In this document: positions 17,770 through 26,994 of the stretch, piece by piece
Layout of the letters: every line of letters begins with the position of its first letter
Numbering within the stretch: position 1 is the first letter of the stretch
Origin: Actinomycetes bacterium
GTDB lineage: Bacteria; Actinomycetota; Coriobacteriia; Anaerosomatales; JAGXFU01
Reading direction: 5' to 3'
NCBI GenBank assembly: GCA_024637115.1
Contig: JAGXFU010000008.1
Span: 170,083-234,082, forward strand
DNA: 64,000 nucleotides
Made by a program: the position numbers and the translations under genes
The notes under the pieces: model-generated
What the model saw: the letters and a program-made list of their open reading frames with translations, nothing else
Told to the model about the DNA's origin: nothing
Database searches by the model: none

Positions 17770-18150
17770 CAAGGAACCTCTTGCGTCTGTATGGTGGGCA
17801 GGGCGATCTTCCTGAGAGCGCGGGAGTCTTGGTAGCACATGTGTATTCGTTCGAAGCTGTGACCGTTGTTACGGATTCTACCAGCACAGACCGTACCAGT
17901 GCGGCGGATTTGTGCAAGATACGCTCGTTCGGGGACGGGCGCTTCCCTGCACTGTCCGCCCGCTTGCACCTCGAAAGACGGATATGACATCATGCGGGTC
18001 TGGGGAAGCGGCAGCGGGCACCGCGAATCGCGATCCGGCGGATCGGTTTCGTGATTTCGCCGATGAGGTTCCGGAAGTCCCTCCGCTGTTGCTGCCGCCA
18101 TGCGTTGTTGGGGGCCGCGCTTCCCAACGACACGAGCTAGGAGTCAGCGA

Positions 18151-18645
18151 ATGAAGTTCCACGGAACGGCCCACAGATATGGACGTGACATCGACACCGA
18201 TGTGATCATCCCTGCGAGGTACCTCAACACGAGCATTCCCGAGGAACTGGCAAAGCACTGCATGGAGGATCTGGATGCCGAGTTCGTCTCAAAGATAGAG
18301 TTCGGAGACATTCTCGTTGCCGAGGAGAATTTCGGGTGCGGTTCAAGTAGGGAACATGCACCGATTTCGATCAGGGCGGCCGGCGTGAGCGTTGTGATCG
18401 CCAAGAGTTTTGCCCGGATATTCTATCGCAACGCGATAAATACGGGCCTGCCTATCATGGAAGCGCCCGAGGCGGTCGATGGAATCAGCATGGGGGATGA
18501 AGTCGAGGTCGATGCCGACGCCGGAATCATCGTGAACAAGACTACCGGCCAGACGTTTCGTGCTCAGCCGTTCCCCCCGTTCATCAAGGATATCATTGAG
18601 AAGGGTGGGCTGATCGAGGCGACCAAGGGCCGAATGGGCCAGTAG
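18151..18645 (+). CDS. leuD: 3-isopropylmalate dehydratase small subunit (short type, 164 aa)
   Basis: ATG at 18151 sits behind AGGAG. The sequence MKFHGTAHRYGRDIDTDVIIPARYL...GCGSSREHAP is the LeuD/aconitase swivel domain. The track ORF has a spurious 17-aa extension. Confidence 0.9.
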   Translation: MKFHGTAHRYGRDIDTDVIIPARYLNTSIPEELAKHCMEDLDAEFVSKIEFGDILVAEENFGCGSSREHAPISIRAAGVSVVIAKSFARIFYRNAINTGLPIMEAPEAVDGISMGDEVEVDADAGIIVNKTTGQTFRAQPFPPFIKDIIEKGGLIEATKGRMGQ

Positions 18646-18735
18646 GAATGAGCGCAGCGAGCAGCCTCTTTGACTGACTCCAAGGGTCCCGTTGCGGGCT
18701 GTCGCGCACACTGCATTCGGTGAGAATCGAAAGGC

Positions 18736-18763
18736 TTGCTATCGGTAGGAGTTTTGCTAGTAT
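18736..18763 (+). promoter_or_regulatory. candidate promoter of module 2 (TTGCTA-N16-TGC-TAGTAT)
   Basis: The -35 TTGCTA is at 18736-18741 and the extended -10 TGCTAGTAT at 18755-18763. Confidence 0.45.
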
Positions 18764-18849
18764 TGCTTGCCGACTATTCAGATTGCGCAAGATACTGCTG
18801 ATTCGCAATGGTCTCCATTCGCATTCTTGTGATCACAGGAAGGTGGTAC

Positions 18850-19626
18850 ATGAGTCAGCTCTCAGAGGAGTCCCGCATGATGGATATCCAATCTGATTTG
18901 CCTCAACCCCGTCCGGCCGGCAAGGCCGGGGGGGTAACCAATCGGAGCCTTGTCCTTGCGATTCTCGTCGTGTCGGTTCTTTGGTTGTCGTTTCTCGCGT
19001 CCGCCCTCGTGCTAGGAATACTGAACCCGCCGGCGCCACGCACCGCGGTTGAGCGTTCGATTGGCGTCTATGGCGACGCCGTTGAGCAAGGCACAACGGA
19101 TGCGGTGATTTGGGCGGACTACATAAGTGCGCTCATCGCTGGAAAGCAGTACTCCCGGGCAGAGGGGGCGATAGAAGACGCTTTGGCTGCGGTTACCGAT
19201 AAGACCTCGCTCATACTTGCACAGAGGACACGACTCGATTTCGAGCTCGGCGACTATGAGAGCACAGTGGAGTCAGCCGACGGAGCCATCGCGGCTTCGC
19301 GAGAGGAAACGGACATCATGAGGGAGAATTTTGCGAAGCGGGGTATCACCTCCGAACCTGATCCCTCTCCTGCGCTCGCGAATGCACAGTTGCTCAAAGC
19401 TCAGGCGCTTGCAGAGCTTATGCAATTTGACGATGCAATTGAAGTGCTCGATGAGTTTCTTGAGACTGCTCCATCCGCCGCCGACGCCCTCGTTTTGCGT
19501 GCATCGTATAAGCGGGAAGCGGGCGACATTGATGGTGCCCGGGCTGACTATGAGCAGGCTCTCCTCTACATCCCCGACTATGCAGCAGCCCTCGAGGGCC
19601 TAGAGTCTATTGGAGCGATCGACTGA
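18850..19626 (+). CDS. membrane-anchored TPR-like repeat protein (module 2, gene 1)
   Basis: ATG at 18850 sits behind GGAAGGTGG. Has one TM helix, then LNPPAPRTA, then TPR-like repeats. It is collinear with 7817-8659. Confidence 0.75.
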   Translation: MSQLSEESRMMDIQSDLPQPRPAGKAGGVTNRSLVLAILVVSVLWLSFLASALVLGILNPPAPRTAVERSIGVYGDAVEQGTTDAVIWADYISALIAGKQYSRAEGAIEDALAAVTDKTSLILAQRTRLDFELGDYESTVESADGAIAASREETDIMRENFAKRGITSEPDPSPALANAQLLKAQALAELMQFDDAIEVLDEFLETAPSAADALVLRASYKREAGDIDGARADYEQALLYIPDYAAALEGLESIGAID

Positions 19627-20867
19627 TGCGTGAGCAGGCAATGAACGATGATTCACAGGTCGTTTCCTCGCCCAAGTCAACCACCCGCCGCGCGTTGATT
19701 CTGGTGCTGACGGCCCTGGTGCTCATTCTCCTGGGGACGAGCTACTTTCTCTACTCGATAATCAAACCGGTGGGACGCGTTGCAACCATCGAGGAAGCAG
19801 GCGGGCTTGAGTGGGTGCGCTCCATCTACGGGTACGGTGACACGCTCGAAGAACAGTTGCGCCAGCCCAATGATGTCGCAATCGGCCCTGATGGCACGAT
19901 TTGGATTACCGATCAAACCAAGCAGCAGGTCGTGGGATTCAATCCCGACGGGAGTTTCGAGGCGTTGCTTCACCAGGGTCCACGAGGGTCATCTCCGCAT
20001 GCGTTCTCTTTTCCGAATGCTCTGGCGGTCGATGAAGAGGGACTTATCTACGTTGGAGACTCCGAAAAGGATCGCATTACTGTTCTTCGCAGGGACAATA
20101 CGGTGGTTCTCGAGTACGTAGTTCCCGACGTGCGTTCGGTTGCGGTTCGCGGGGATCGTGTCGTGGCTGGTTCGATTGCGGGATTTGTCATTCTTGACAA
20201 GGCTGGCGAAGTCGTCAGGCTTCTCGGAACTCGAGGGCAAGGAATTGACCAATTCGATACTGTGTCGGGCGTTGCGGTGTCGCCGAGCGGGATGATCTAC
20301 GCTGTTGACACGTATAACAACCGGTTGAGTGCCTACGACCGTGATGGGAATCGCCTGTGGATTCGTCAACTCGGCGTTCCGGGCAATCAAGGGGGACAGA
20401 TACAGAGCGAAGGACTGTCGGGAGAGGAGGGTCAATCGCCGGAGACGCAGCTCCCTCTCCGTTTGACCCTCGACGGAGCGGGAAGGCTCGTCGTGGTGGA
20501 CTCGTTCGACTTCAGCATCACTGTACTTGACCCCGCCGACGGGCATTTGATTGGGAAGTACGGCGCCCCAGGAGATGCTGAGGGTCAGTTCACGTATCCT
20601 GTTGGAATTGACTATGATGAATCCAGGGACTGGTTTGCCGTCGCGGATCTCTACAATAGCCGTGTACAGGTTGTCAGGATTCCCGATTCGGGAAATCGGC
20701 CGTTGTCGCCCGTATTGCGCAGTCTGTCGGGTCCGTGGCGCGCATGTCTGTTCCCGCTGGCGCTGCTCCTCATGCTGATACTGGTTGCGTTGGTCGTTCG
20801 CCGGCGTCGTCGGTCGCGGGCTCGTGCTGAGCGTGCAGCATTCGAACAGGCTCCAGCGCAGGAGTAG
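19626..20867 (+). CDS. NHL-repeat beta-propeller protein with N- and C-terminal TM anchors (module 2, gene 2)
   Basis: TGATG overlap with the upstream stop. TM helices are ALILVLTALVLILLGTSYFLY and ACLFPLALLLMLILVALVV. NHL blades are present (QFDTVSGVAVSPSGMIYAVDTYNNRLSAYD). Confidence 0.8.
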   Translation: MREQAMNDDSQVVSSPKSTTRRALILVLTALVLILLGTSYFLYSIIKPVGRVATIEEAGGLEWVRSIYGYGDTLEEQLRQPNDVAIGPDGTIWITDQTKQQVVGFNPDGSFEALLHQGPRGSSPHAFSFPNALAVDEEGLIYVGDSEKDRITVLRRDNTVVLEYVVPDVRSVAVRGDRVVAGSIAGFVILDKAGEVVRLLGTRGQGIDQFDTVSGVAVSPSGMIYAVDTYNNRLSAYDRDGNRLWIRQLGVPGNQGGQIQSEGLSGEEGQSPETQLPLRLTLDGAGRLVVVDSFDFSITVLDPADGHLIGKYGAPGDAEGQFTYPVGIDYDESRDWFAVADLYNSRVQVVRIPDSGNRPLSPVLRSLSGPWRACLFPLALLLMLILVALVVRRRRRSRARAERAAFEQAPAQE

Positions 20868-20933
20868 GGTTGTGCCTGGGTGAACCGTTGACAGAAAAGC
20901 CATTGCCAAGCGCAGATTCTTTGCTCATTCCTA

Positions 20934-20962
20934 TTGAACTGTCCGATACAAGTCTCTAATAT
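20934..20962 (+). promoter_or_regulatory. sigma-70-like promoter of hexahaem gene 2 (TTGAAC-N17-TAATAT)
   Basis: The -35 TTGAAC is at 20934-20939, followed by a 17-nt spacer and the -10 TAATAT at 20957-20962. It lies in an AT-richer spacer. Confidence 0.55.
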
Positions 20963-21003
20963 CAGTTAAGCATCAAAACAGGACACTTGTGCGCGCAATC
21001 AGT

Positions 21004-21039
21004 GTTCTGTAGATGAGAATCATTCTCGGAAGGGGGGTG
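21004..21039 (+). promoter_or_regulatory. leader element conserved with 10013-10059
   Basis: Contains TTCTGT (21004-21009), the perfect palindrome GAGAAT-c-ATTCTC (21015-21027), and the block TTCTCGGAAgGGgGGTG (21023-21039). The block sits 15 nt before ATG 21046, the same spacing as in copy 1. Confidence 0.4.
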
Positions 21040-21045
21040 TGTTCG

Positions 21046-22251
21046 ATGAATGAGATGTCCAGAAGTGAGATCAACGGAGGAGCCTTTATGAAGAGAATCA
21101 TATCCATCGCGGTCTTGGCCGCACTGATGGTTTTTGCAATGAGCGGCGTTGCGATGGCGAAGAACGCCGTCGTTAATTGGCCTGCTGCTGGTTCTGTGGC
21201 AGAGGGACCTGATTCGTACCTGATTTACAACCCCTGGACCACAACGGCTACGGCTACGTGGGCTGCCGATGATTTTGCGGCGAATGCAGGGTATACGTCA
21301 CCGCATGGCGGTTACACCACCACGACTGTCAAGTGTGCTGTCTGCCACGCGGTTCACGTAGCCTCAGCTGAAGGCGACACCTTGCTCAAGATGCCGGCGA
21401 ATGAAGCCTGCGTTTCATGCCATGTTGCGGCACAGCTTGGCGGCACGAACATGGTCTACGGCGGAGACGCTGCTATTGCCAACGCGAGCGGCATGGATCA
21501 CCACACGACGAGCAGCAACTGTTCCCGGTGTCATGCTACTGTGCACGGCGCCGGCGCAATCGCTGATGTGCCGTCGATCACCTCGATCATTCTTGCTGAA
21601 GAGTACAGCAACGATGACATGAACCCTCGCATCGTCAACAGCTGGATTACCACCGGTACAGCTATTGCCGGTATGACTACTGCTCAGGTTGACACACTGC
21701 TGAATACCGATGCTAGCGCCGCCACGCGCGAGGTCGCCATCGGTCTGTTCTGTCAGGGTTGCCACTCTGGTTCATACCAGAATGGTGTAGCCGGTACCCT
21801 TGGCAACGGCAATGACGGTGTCGCAATCGGCGATCGTACAGGTCACCGTGTTGGTTCAGCCGTGGTAGCCAATGCTTCATACGATGCACCGTATGCCTAC
21901 AACCTCGACGCTACGAGTACCGTTTCCTACACGGGTCAGGTTGCCTGGGCTGCCGCTACTAACTGCAAGTCGTGTCACGACGCGACGCAGTTCGCTGACG
22001 GTACGGGTGGATCTGGATTCCCGCACTTCACCCAGGGCGCAGCTCGCTTCCTCAATAGGGCGGCGTCTGCGACCGATCTGTCCGGTCCTACCGGCGTATC
22101 TGTTTCGGCCGACGCGTCCTATGCGGGTACCGAGACCGCTACGTACTCAGGCACGGGTGACGGCGCAGTTGCAGAGTTTTCTCTCCGCGACGGTGTTTGC
22201 CTCAAGTGTCACAAGGGAGACGCGGCCACGGGTGTTGGTCAGGAGTACTAG
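21046..22251 (+). CDS. secreted hexahaem c-type cytochrome (6 CxxCH) (module 2, gene 3)
   Basis: Start at 21046, or alternatively at 21088 (MKRIISIAV..., GGAGGAG Shine-Dalgarno). The signal peptide is ...LAALMVFAMSGVAMA/KN. Haem motifs are CAVCH, CVSCH, CSRCH, CQGCH, CKSCH and CLKCH. Confidence 0.85.
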   Translation: MNEMSRSEINGGAFMKRIISIAVLAALMVFAMSGVAMAKNAVVNWPAAGSVAEGPDSYLIYNPWTTTATATWAADDFAANAGYTSPHGGYTTTTVKCAVCHAVHVASAEGDTLLKMPANEACVSCHVAAQLGGTNMVYGGDAAIANASGMDHHTTSSNCSRCHATVHGAGAIADVPSITSIILAEEYSNDDMNPRIVNSWITTGTAIAGMTTAQVDTLLNTDASAATREVAIGLFCQGCHSGSYQNGVAGTLGNGNDGVAIGDRTGHRVGSAVVANASYDAPYAYNLDATSTVSYTGQVAWAAATNCKSCHDATQFADGTGGSGFPHFTQGAARFLNRAASATDLSGPTGVSVSADASYAGTETATYSGTGDGAVAEFSLRDGVCLKCHKGDAATGVGQEY

Positions 22252-22292
22252 TCTCTTATCAGAGGTTTGTGATCGACCCATGCTTCTTGGGT

Positions 22293-22318
22293 GGGGCCGG
22301 CTCTTCGGAGTCGGCCCC
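22293..22318 (+). terminator. GC-rich stem-loop after hexahaem gene 2
   Basis: An 11-bp stem GGGGCCGGCTC (22293-22303) / GAGTCGGCCCC (22308-22318) has a TTCG loop. No clear U-tract follows. Confidence 0.5.
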
Positions 22319-22427
22319 GCTTGCTTGCACTTCAGTGTGGACACTGTGCATTCCAACCCCGGCCGTCGAGTTTACGCTGGCATAGTACTTGTTTGATGCT
22401 TGATGCTTACTAGGAGTCGGTTGCCTC

Positions 22428-23450
22428 GTGCCCTCGGTTACCAACATGCAGACAAGCGATGCTCCGGATGCCGCATCTCCTGAGGGAGTCGTGGCGGATT
22501 CCGGTGCATTGGTTTTTGTGCGATGGGTATTTGTCGGACTGGCGCTCCTGGCGCTTGTGTTCACTGTCTCGATTGCCTATGTTGCCGTTGCGCAGCCAGG
22601 TTGTGAGTCGTGCCATCTTGTCGGGGAGTATGGCGAGGCAACAATCGCAAGCTCGCACGCTTCCGTGAAGTGCATGGCGTGTCATCCGGGGAGTGGAGTG
22701 CTTCAGCGGCTTTCATTCTCGTCAAATGTGGTCAACTCCATGCTTCTCGGGATAGTTCCCTCTCAGGGAAGGCCGGGAGCGAGCGTCGAGGATGCGGCAT
22801 GCCTCGCGTGCCACGACTTAGTGCTTGAGCAACTCACGGATTCCAAAGGCTATCGCATCCAGCATCTCACGTGTGCCGCTGATCGCAGCTGCGTGGACTG
22901 CCATTCTTCGGTGGCGCATGGTTCAGCTTCCACGTGGCCGCGCTCATCGGAGATGTCTGTCTGCGTCGAGTGCCACGACGGTGCGACCGCTTCAAATCAA
23001 TGCGATGCGTGCCACTCCGGAAAGACGGAGTCTGAACGTATTGGTCAAGGCGCTTGGCGGGTCACGCATGGCCAGGACTGGCGTAGTGCTCATGGCATGG
23101 GGAACTTTGAGACATGCTCTGCGTGTCACCCTAAGGACTACTGTGTTCGTTGCCATGGTATCGCGCTCCCTCATGACGAGGACTTCATGAGGGAACACGC
23201 TGTCCTTTCTCTCACCCCCGGCTCTCTTTGCGATGATTGTCATCACACTTCGTTTTGCAGCGACTGCCACGGAATCGAAATGCCGCATCCTGTCACCTTT
23301 ATTGCCGAGCATGCAGTGATCGTGGCTGCTGAAGGCGATGATGTCTGTATTGAGTGCCATAAGGCTTCCGATTGTGCAAACTGTCATCTCCTGCACGTTC
23401 ACCCTGGTCTGTCTGACGCTGCTCTTGATTCTCTCGGGGGTGTGCGCTAG
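22428..23450 (+). CDS. membrane-anchored dodecahaem cytochrome c with NapC/NirT-like N-terminus (module 2, gene 4)
   Basis: GTG start 11 nt after AGGAG. One TM helix is followed by CESCH. I counted 12 CxxCH motifs. Confidence 0.85.
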   Translation: MPSVTNMQTSDAPDAASPEGVVADSGALVFVRWVFVGLALLALVFTVSIAYVAVAQPGCESCHLVGEYGEATIASSHASVKCMACHPGSGVLQRLSFSSNVVNSMLLGIVPSQGRPGASVEDAACLACHDLVLEQLTDSKGYRIQHLTCAADRSCVDCHSSVAHGSASTWPRSSEMSVCVECHDGATASNQCDACHSGKTESERIGQGAWRVTHGQDWRSAHGMGNFETCSACHPKDYCVRCHGIALPHDEDFMREHAVLSLTPGSLCDDCHHTSFCSDCHGIEMPHPVTFIAEHAVIVAAEGDDVCIECHKASDCANCHLLHVHPGLSDAALDSLGGVR

Positions 23451-24652
23451 TGGACAGCCAGCGCTTCATTGACACCCTCGGTGCAATACCTGACATCATC
23501 CGAGAACCTTCGGTCAACATGACCGCGGCAGTGCTTCTTCTGGCTGTTATCACCACCATGCTCCTGATAGCAGTAATCGCCGGACTCTTGTATCTGCTCA
23601 GGGGTGATGGCGCCGATAGGCGAGAAGCTGACATCTCAGCCACCAACGACGTGGTCTTGGGCGGAGACGGGCTCACTCACTCACTCGCGCCTCCTCCAGC
23701 CACTCGAGCATTTCAGTCGATGGCGTTCGTAGGCTTGGGGACAGCGGCTTGCCTCGTTCTGTGGGCCGCACTAGGAGTCTCGTCGTCTGCCGGATCGGTC
23801 TGCGAGTCTTGCCATTCGGATAGCCCGCACGTGGGTTCTGAGTCAATCGACCCCCACTCCGCCGTGGCGTGCACCTTGTGCCATGAGCCGGGTGGAGTCT
23901 TCGAGCGCGTGATTCCGAACGTGCCCGGGCGCTTGGCGCATATTCTGCGGGGCCAACTCTCTGAAGCGCAATCTGATTCATCGTATGGGTCCCCCATCTC
24001 TTCGCGGGAGTGCAGTGGCTGTCATGCTGCGGGTTTGAACGAGATCACTGTGGACGAGCAGCGGGGCGTTCTCATGTCCCATCAAGAGCCGCTCGAAGCG
24101 GGAGCGGAGTGCATGGATTGTCATGTTCTTCGTGGGGGGGTCGTGTCCGATCAGACCATTGGACATGATCCATGCCTCCGTTGCCACGGGACGACAGGAG
24201 TCTCGGCTGACTGCGGCACGTGCCATTCCAAGGAGCCGGCTTATGCGATTCGATCGGATCTCGTGCCGGCGGGTTCACGAGCGAGGGAACACGTGCCTGA
24301 TCCGACATGCGGAGGTTGCCATTCGGAGCGGTCCTGTGACGCGTGTCATGGAATGCGCATGCCTCATTCTGCTGCATTCAAGGGGATTGGGCACGCACGC
24401 CTCGCCACCATTGACATATGGGGGAACGGTGGGAGAGCCTGTCAAAGGTGTCACTACAGTGGTCACAACGCATGCAGCCAGTGTCATTCAGGCAGTTTCC
24501 CCGCACATGCGCTCTCCTGGCGATTGGATCATCAGCAAGCCGACGACGCCAAGCAGAGCTGCGCTTGCCATCTCACGCCTAATCTGATTGCCGACCCGAA
24601 CCGGACGTTCTGCGACATCTGCCATGATCCGGCGTATCAGGTTGAACGTTGA
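23450..24652 (+). CDS. membrane-anchored multihaem cytochrome c, 11 CxxCH (module 2, gene 5)
   Basis: TAGTG overlap with the upstream stop. Two TM helices are followed by CESCH. 11 CxxCH motifs plus an odd CACH where the paralogue has CDVCH. Confidence 0.85.
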   Translation: MDSQRFIDTLGAIPDIIREPSVNMTAAVLLLAVITTMLLIAVIAGLLYLLRGDGADRREADISATNDVVLGGDGLTHSLAPPPATRAFQSMAFVGLGTAACLVLWAALGVSSSAGSVCESCHSDSPHVGSESIDPHSAVACTLCHEPGGVFERVIPNVPGRLAHILRGQLSEAQSDSSYGSPISSRECSGCHAAGLNEITVDEQRGVLMSHQEPLEAGAECMDCHVLRGGVVSDQTIGHDPCLRCHGTTGVSADCGTCHSKEPAYAIRSDLVPAGSRAREHVPDPTCGGCHSERSCDACHGMRMPHSAAFKGIGHARLATIDIWGNGGRACQRCHYSGHNACSQCHSGSFPAHALSWRLDHQQADDAKQSCACHLTPNLIADPNRTFCDICHDPAYQVER

Positions 24653-24707
24653 ACGGTGTTAGCACGGCGCTGAGTCGCGCGGCGCGCAAGGAAGCTAGCT
24701 TCTCGTC

Positions 24708-24716
24708 TGCTAGACT
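24708..24716 (+). promoter_or_regulatory. extended -10 element TGCTAGACT upstream of leuB
   Basis: Lies 32 nt upstream of the leuB GTG. The same 9-mer class recurs at four other gene starts (see findings). No convincing -35 was found. Confidence 0.35.
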
Positions 24717-24747
24717 CGACGCACGTTTCTGATAGGGAGGAACCGCA

Positions 24748-25857
24748 GTGACGAACCCAAGGCGCATCTGTCTGTTGCCCGGAGACGGGATCGGGCCTGA
24801 GATCACCGTCGAGGCGGTCAAGGTGCTCGATGCAATCGGCGCCTTGAATGATGTAACGTTTTCCTATGACGAGGCGCTCCTCGGCGGAATAGCCATCGAC
24901 GCAACCGGTTCTCCGTTACCCGATGCTACGCTTGATGCGGCACGAGCCGCAGACGCCGTGTTACTGGCTGCGATCGGTGGCCCCAAGTGGGACACGACTG
25001 ACCCGGACAAGCCGCGACCAGAGCAGGGGCTCCTCGGCATACGCAAGGCGTTGGGTCTGTTTGCCAATCTCCGGCCAGTCAAGTTGTTCCCCGCGCTCGT
25101 GGGTGCATCTTCGCTCAAGCCGGAGCATCTTGAAGGCGTCGACATGCTGATCGTGCGTGAGCTCACGGGTGGCATCTATTTTGGCGAACGCGGGCGCGAG
25201 CGCGATGTGCCCGGCGCCGGTGCCGACGGCGGTTCCGGGATGCGCGCGTATGACACCGAGGTGTATGCGGAGTATGAGATCGAACGAATCGCCCGTATTG
25301 CGTTCGATGCCGCGCGTACACGCCGCAACAAGGTGCACTCTGTTGACAAGGCAAACGTGCTGGAGTCGAGTCGCCTGTGGCGGGAGGTTGTTCACCGCGT
25401 GCATGATGCGGAGTACTCCGATGTGGAGCTCGTCGATCAGCTGGTCGACAACTCGGCCATGCAACTCGTTCGCTGGCCGGCTCAGTTCGATGTCATGGTC
25501 ACCGGCAATATCTTTGGCGACATCCTCTCCGATGAAGCGTCGATGCTGACCGGTTCGCTCGGAATGCTTGCAAGTGCATCGCTTGGCGATGGAACTGCGC
25601 TCTACGAGCCGAGCCATGGATCGGCGCCTGATATCGCCGGCCAGGGGGTCGCAAACCCACTTGCGATGCTGCTCTCCGTCGAACTGATGCTTCGTCACAG
25701 CTTCGAGATGCATGGCGCGGCCGATACGCTCTCGACAGCGATCGAGAATGTGCTCGCCGAGGGTTGGCGAACGCGTGATATCGCCGATGAGGGTACACCT
25801 GCGGATCGACTCGTGGGCACAAGCGAGATGGGCGACCTGGTCGTCACACAGCTGTAG
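24748..25857 (+). CDS. leuB: 3-isopropylmalate dehydrogenase
   Basis: 369 aa with [13 protein letters not shown], the [21 protein letters not shown] motif and full-length collinearity with LeuB. Confidence 0.95.
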   Translation: MTNPRRICLLPGDGIGPEITVEAVKVLDAIGALNDVTFSYDEALLGGIAIDATGSPLPDATLDAARAADAVLLAAIGGPKWDTTDPDKPRPEQGLLGIRKALGLFANLRPVKLFPALVGASSLKPEHLEGVDMLIVRELTGGIYFGERGRERDVPGAGADGGSGMRAYDTEVYAEYEIERIARIAFDAARTRRNKVHSVDKANVLESSRLWREVVHRVHDAEYSDVELVDQLVDNSAMQLVRWPAQFDVMVTGNIFGDILSDEASMLTGSLGMLASASLGDGTALYEPSHGSAPDIAGQGVANPLAMLLSVELMLRHSFEMHGAADTLSTAIENVLAEGWRTRDIADEGTPADRLVGTSEMGDLVVTQL

Positions 25858-25995
25858 CCAGGGCACTCGCTCGGGAGCGAGAACTCCAGACGGAATTCAC
25901 TGCGTGGGCCCAGGACGAGAGCGGGCGGGCGCGCTAAGATGGACGAACACCCAGAGCGGCCTGGGTATCTCGCGAGGTTGGGAAGGGGATCGACG

Positions 25996-26913
25996 ATGGC
26001 GGCATTGCCCAAGGTAGACAAGATCTGGATGGATGGGGAACTCGTGGACTGGGATAAAGCCCAGGTGCACGTGCTCACCCACGCGCTGCACTATGGCTCG
26101 GGGATCTTTGAGGGTATCCGCTGCTACAGTACCGACTCCGGTTCGGCGGTCTTTCGCCTCACAGAGCACATGGAGCGTTTTGAGCGCAGTGCCAAGATGC
26201 TGCTCATGGATCTCGGCTACACGGTCGATGAGATGGTCGAGGCCGTCAAGGAGACCATCCGGGTCAACAGACTCGATAGTTGCTACATCCGTCCGATCGC
26301 GTTTCGTGGCTACGGCGTGATGGGCCTCGATCCCCTGCCTGCTCCCGTCCAGATGTCGATTGCCGCCTGGTCCTGGGATTCCTTTCTCGGCCAGGAGGCG
26401 CTTGCCAAGGGTATGGACGTTGGCGTATCGAGCTGGCGTCAGCGGACCGTGAACGCGAACCCACCTGCGATCAAGGCAACTGCGAACTACATGAACTCCT
26501 CGCTCGCTCGCATCGAAGCAAACAAGCATGGATATGCCGAGGCGATCCTGCTCAACGAAGAGGGCAAGGTCTGCGAGGGAACCGGCGAGAACATCTTCAT
26601 TGTGAAGAAAGGCGTCATCTACACGCCGCCGGTCTCGGACGGAATCCTGGAGGGCATTACCCGTGACTCGCTCATGACGATTGGTCGCGATAAGGGCATC
26701 GAGGTCGTTGAGCGCTCGATGGTCCGGACGGAGCTATACAGCGCCGACGAGGTCTTCATGTGTGGATCCGCAGCCGAGGTCGTGCCTGTGCGTTCAGTTG
26801 ACGGCCGCGAAGTCGGCGATCCGGGACCGATTACGCTGGACCTGCAGAAGACATTCTTCGATGTCGTTGCGGGTCGTGTGCCCGAGTACTCGGCGTGGCT
26901 CGAGTACGTGTAG
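25996..26913 (+). CDS. ilvE: branched-chain amino acid aminotransferase (class IV)
   Basis: ATG at 25996 sits behind GGAAGGGGA. Carries IWMDGELVDWDKAQVHVLTHALHYGSGIFEG and EGTGENIF motifs. The track ORF is 19 aa longer. Confidence 0.9.
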   Translation: MAALPKVDKIWMDGELVDWDKAQVHVLTHALHYGSGIFEGIRCYSTDSGSAVFRLTEHMERFERSAKMLLMDLGYTVDEMVEAVKETIRVNRLDSCYIRPIAFRGYGVMGLDPLPAPVQMSIAAWSWDSFLGQEALAKGMDVGVSSWRQRTVNANPPAIKATANYMNSSLARIEANKHGYAEAILLNEEGKVCEGTGENIFIVKKGVIYTPPVSDGILEGITRDSLMTIGRDKGIEVVERSMVRTELYSADEVFMCGSAAEVVPVRSVDGREVGDPGPITLDLQKTFFDVVAGRVPEYSAWLEYV

Positions 26914-26994
26914 CAAGCCGGGCGTTCATCGCTGTGGCGTATGCTGGCACACGATTCTCTGTATCGAGTGTTGTGACGTAATCTGAACCAAGGA

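Noticed and set aside
24540-24560. The CACH string (..KQSCACHLT..) in the last cytochrome of module 2, considered as a twelfth haem site.
   Set aside because: A CxCH spacing is not an established haem c attachment motif. It aligns with CDVCH of the paralogue, so it may be a degenerated site. It is counted separately and not as a haem.
7616-24747. The idea that the two cytochrome modules are a recently acquired mobile genomic island or a recent tandem DNA duplication.
   Set aside because: I found no integrase, transposase or recombinase gene, no tRNA or direct repeats at the four junctions, and no long nucleotide identity between the modules. Similarity is at protein level only. Composition looks similar to the flanks by eye. 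A formal k-mer or GC analysis could still revise this.
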